The notes under the pieces are model-generated. The model searched no databases and was not told where the DNA came from. It was given only the letters and a program-made list of their open reading frames with translations. Positions 15,497 to 15,575 of a DNA stretch of 15,575 nucleotides are shown here, piece by piece; positions within the stretch are counted from its first letter, which is position 1; the number at the start of each line of letters is the position of its first letter. The position numbers and the translations under genes are program-made. The DNA comes from Elainellaceae cyanobacterium (lineage in GTDB: Bacteria > Cyanobacteriota > Cyanobacteriia > CAZCXK01), in assembly GCA_051117555.1 (NCBI GenBank), contig JBNPEG010000125.1, positions 1,528 to 17,102 on the forward strand, written 5' to 3'.

Positions 15497-15575
15497 CAAT
15501 CTGAGTATAAAAATACACTGGGAGCAGGCTTATTCAGAAAGAATGTTTTGAGGGTCTTGGTTGCTTGCCAGGTTA

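Overview
This is a cyanobacterial chromosome segment: about 25 HIP1 octamers (GCGATCGC) counted by eye, plus petM next to pdxA. The left end holds a putative two-gene immune/conflict module on the - strand. A protein with three TIR-like domains is followed, across a REP-like palindromic repeat, by the 5' end of an nSTAND1-type NTPase gene (MVNTQTRINPFPGLRPFD...) that the ORF track misses. The middle has DUF4079, an M23 peptidase, membrane and exported hypothetical proteins, an ethylene-receptor-like GAF histidine kinase with a YLWQx4 expansion, a TPR protein divergent from an unannotated 56-aa hyper-acidic lipoprotein, a PabB-PabC fusion, an alpha/beta hydrolase, a HIP1-bounded SulP fragment and an NtcA-like box. 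The right end has petM (also absent from the track), pdxA, a SAM methyltransferase, an AT-rich class I isoprenoid/terpene-synthase-like gene and a nested MITE-like repeat. All calls come from reading motifs by eye; no database searches were run.
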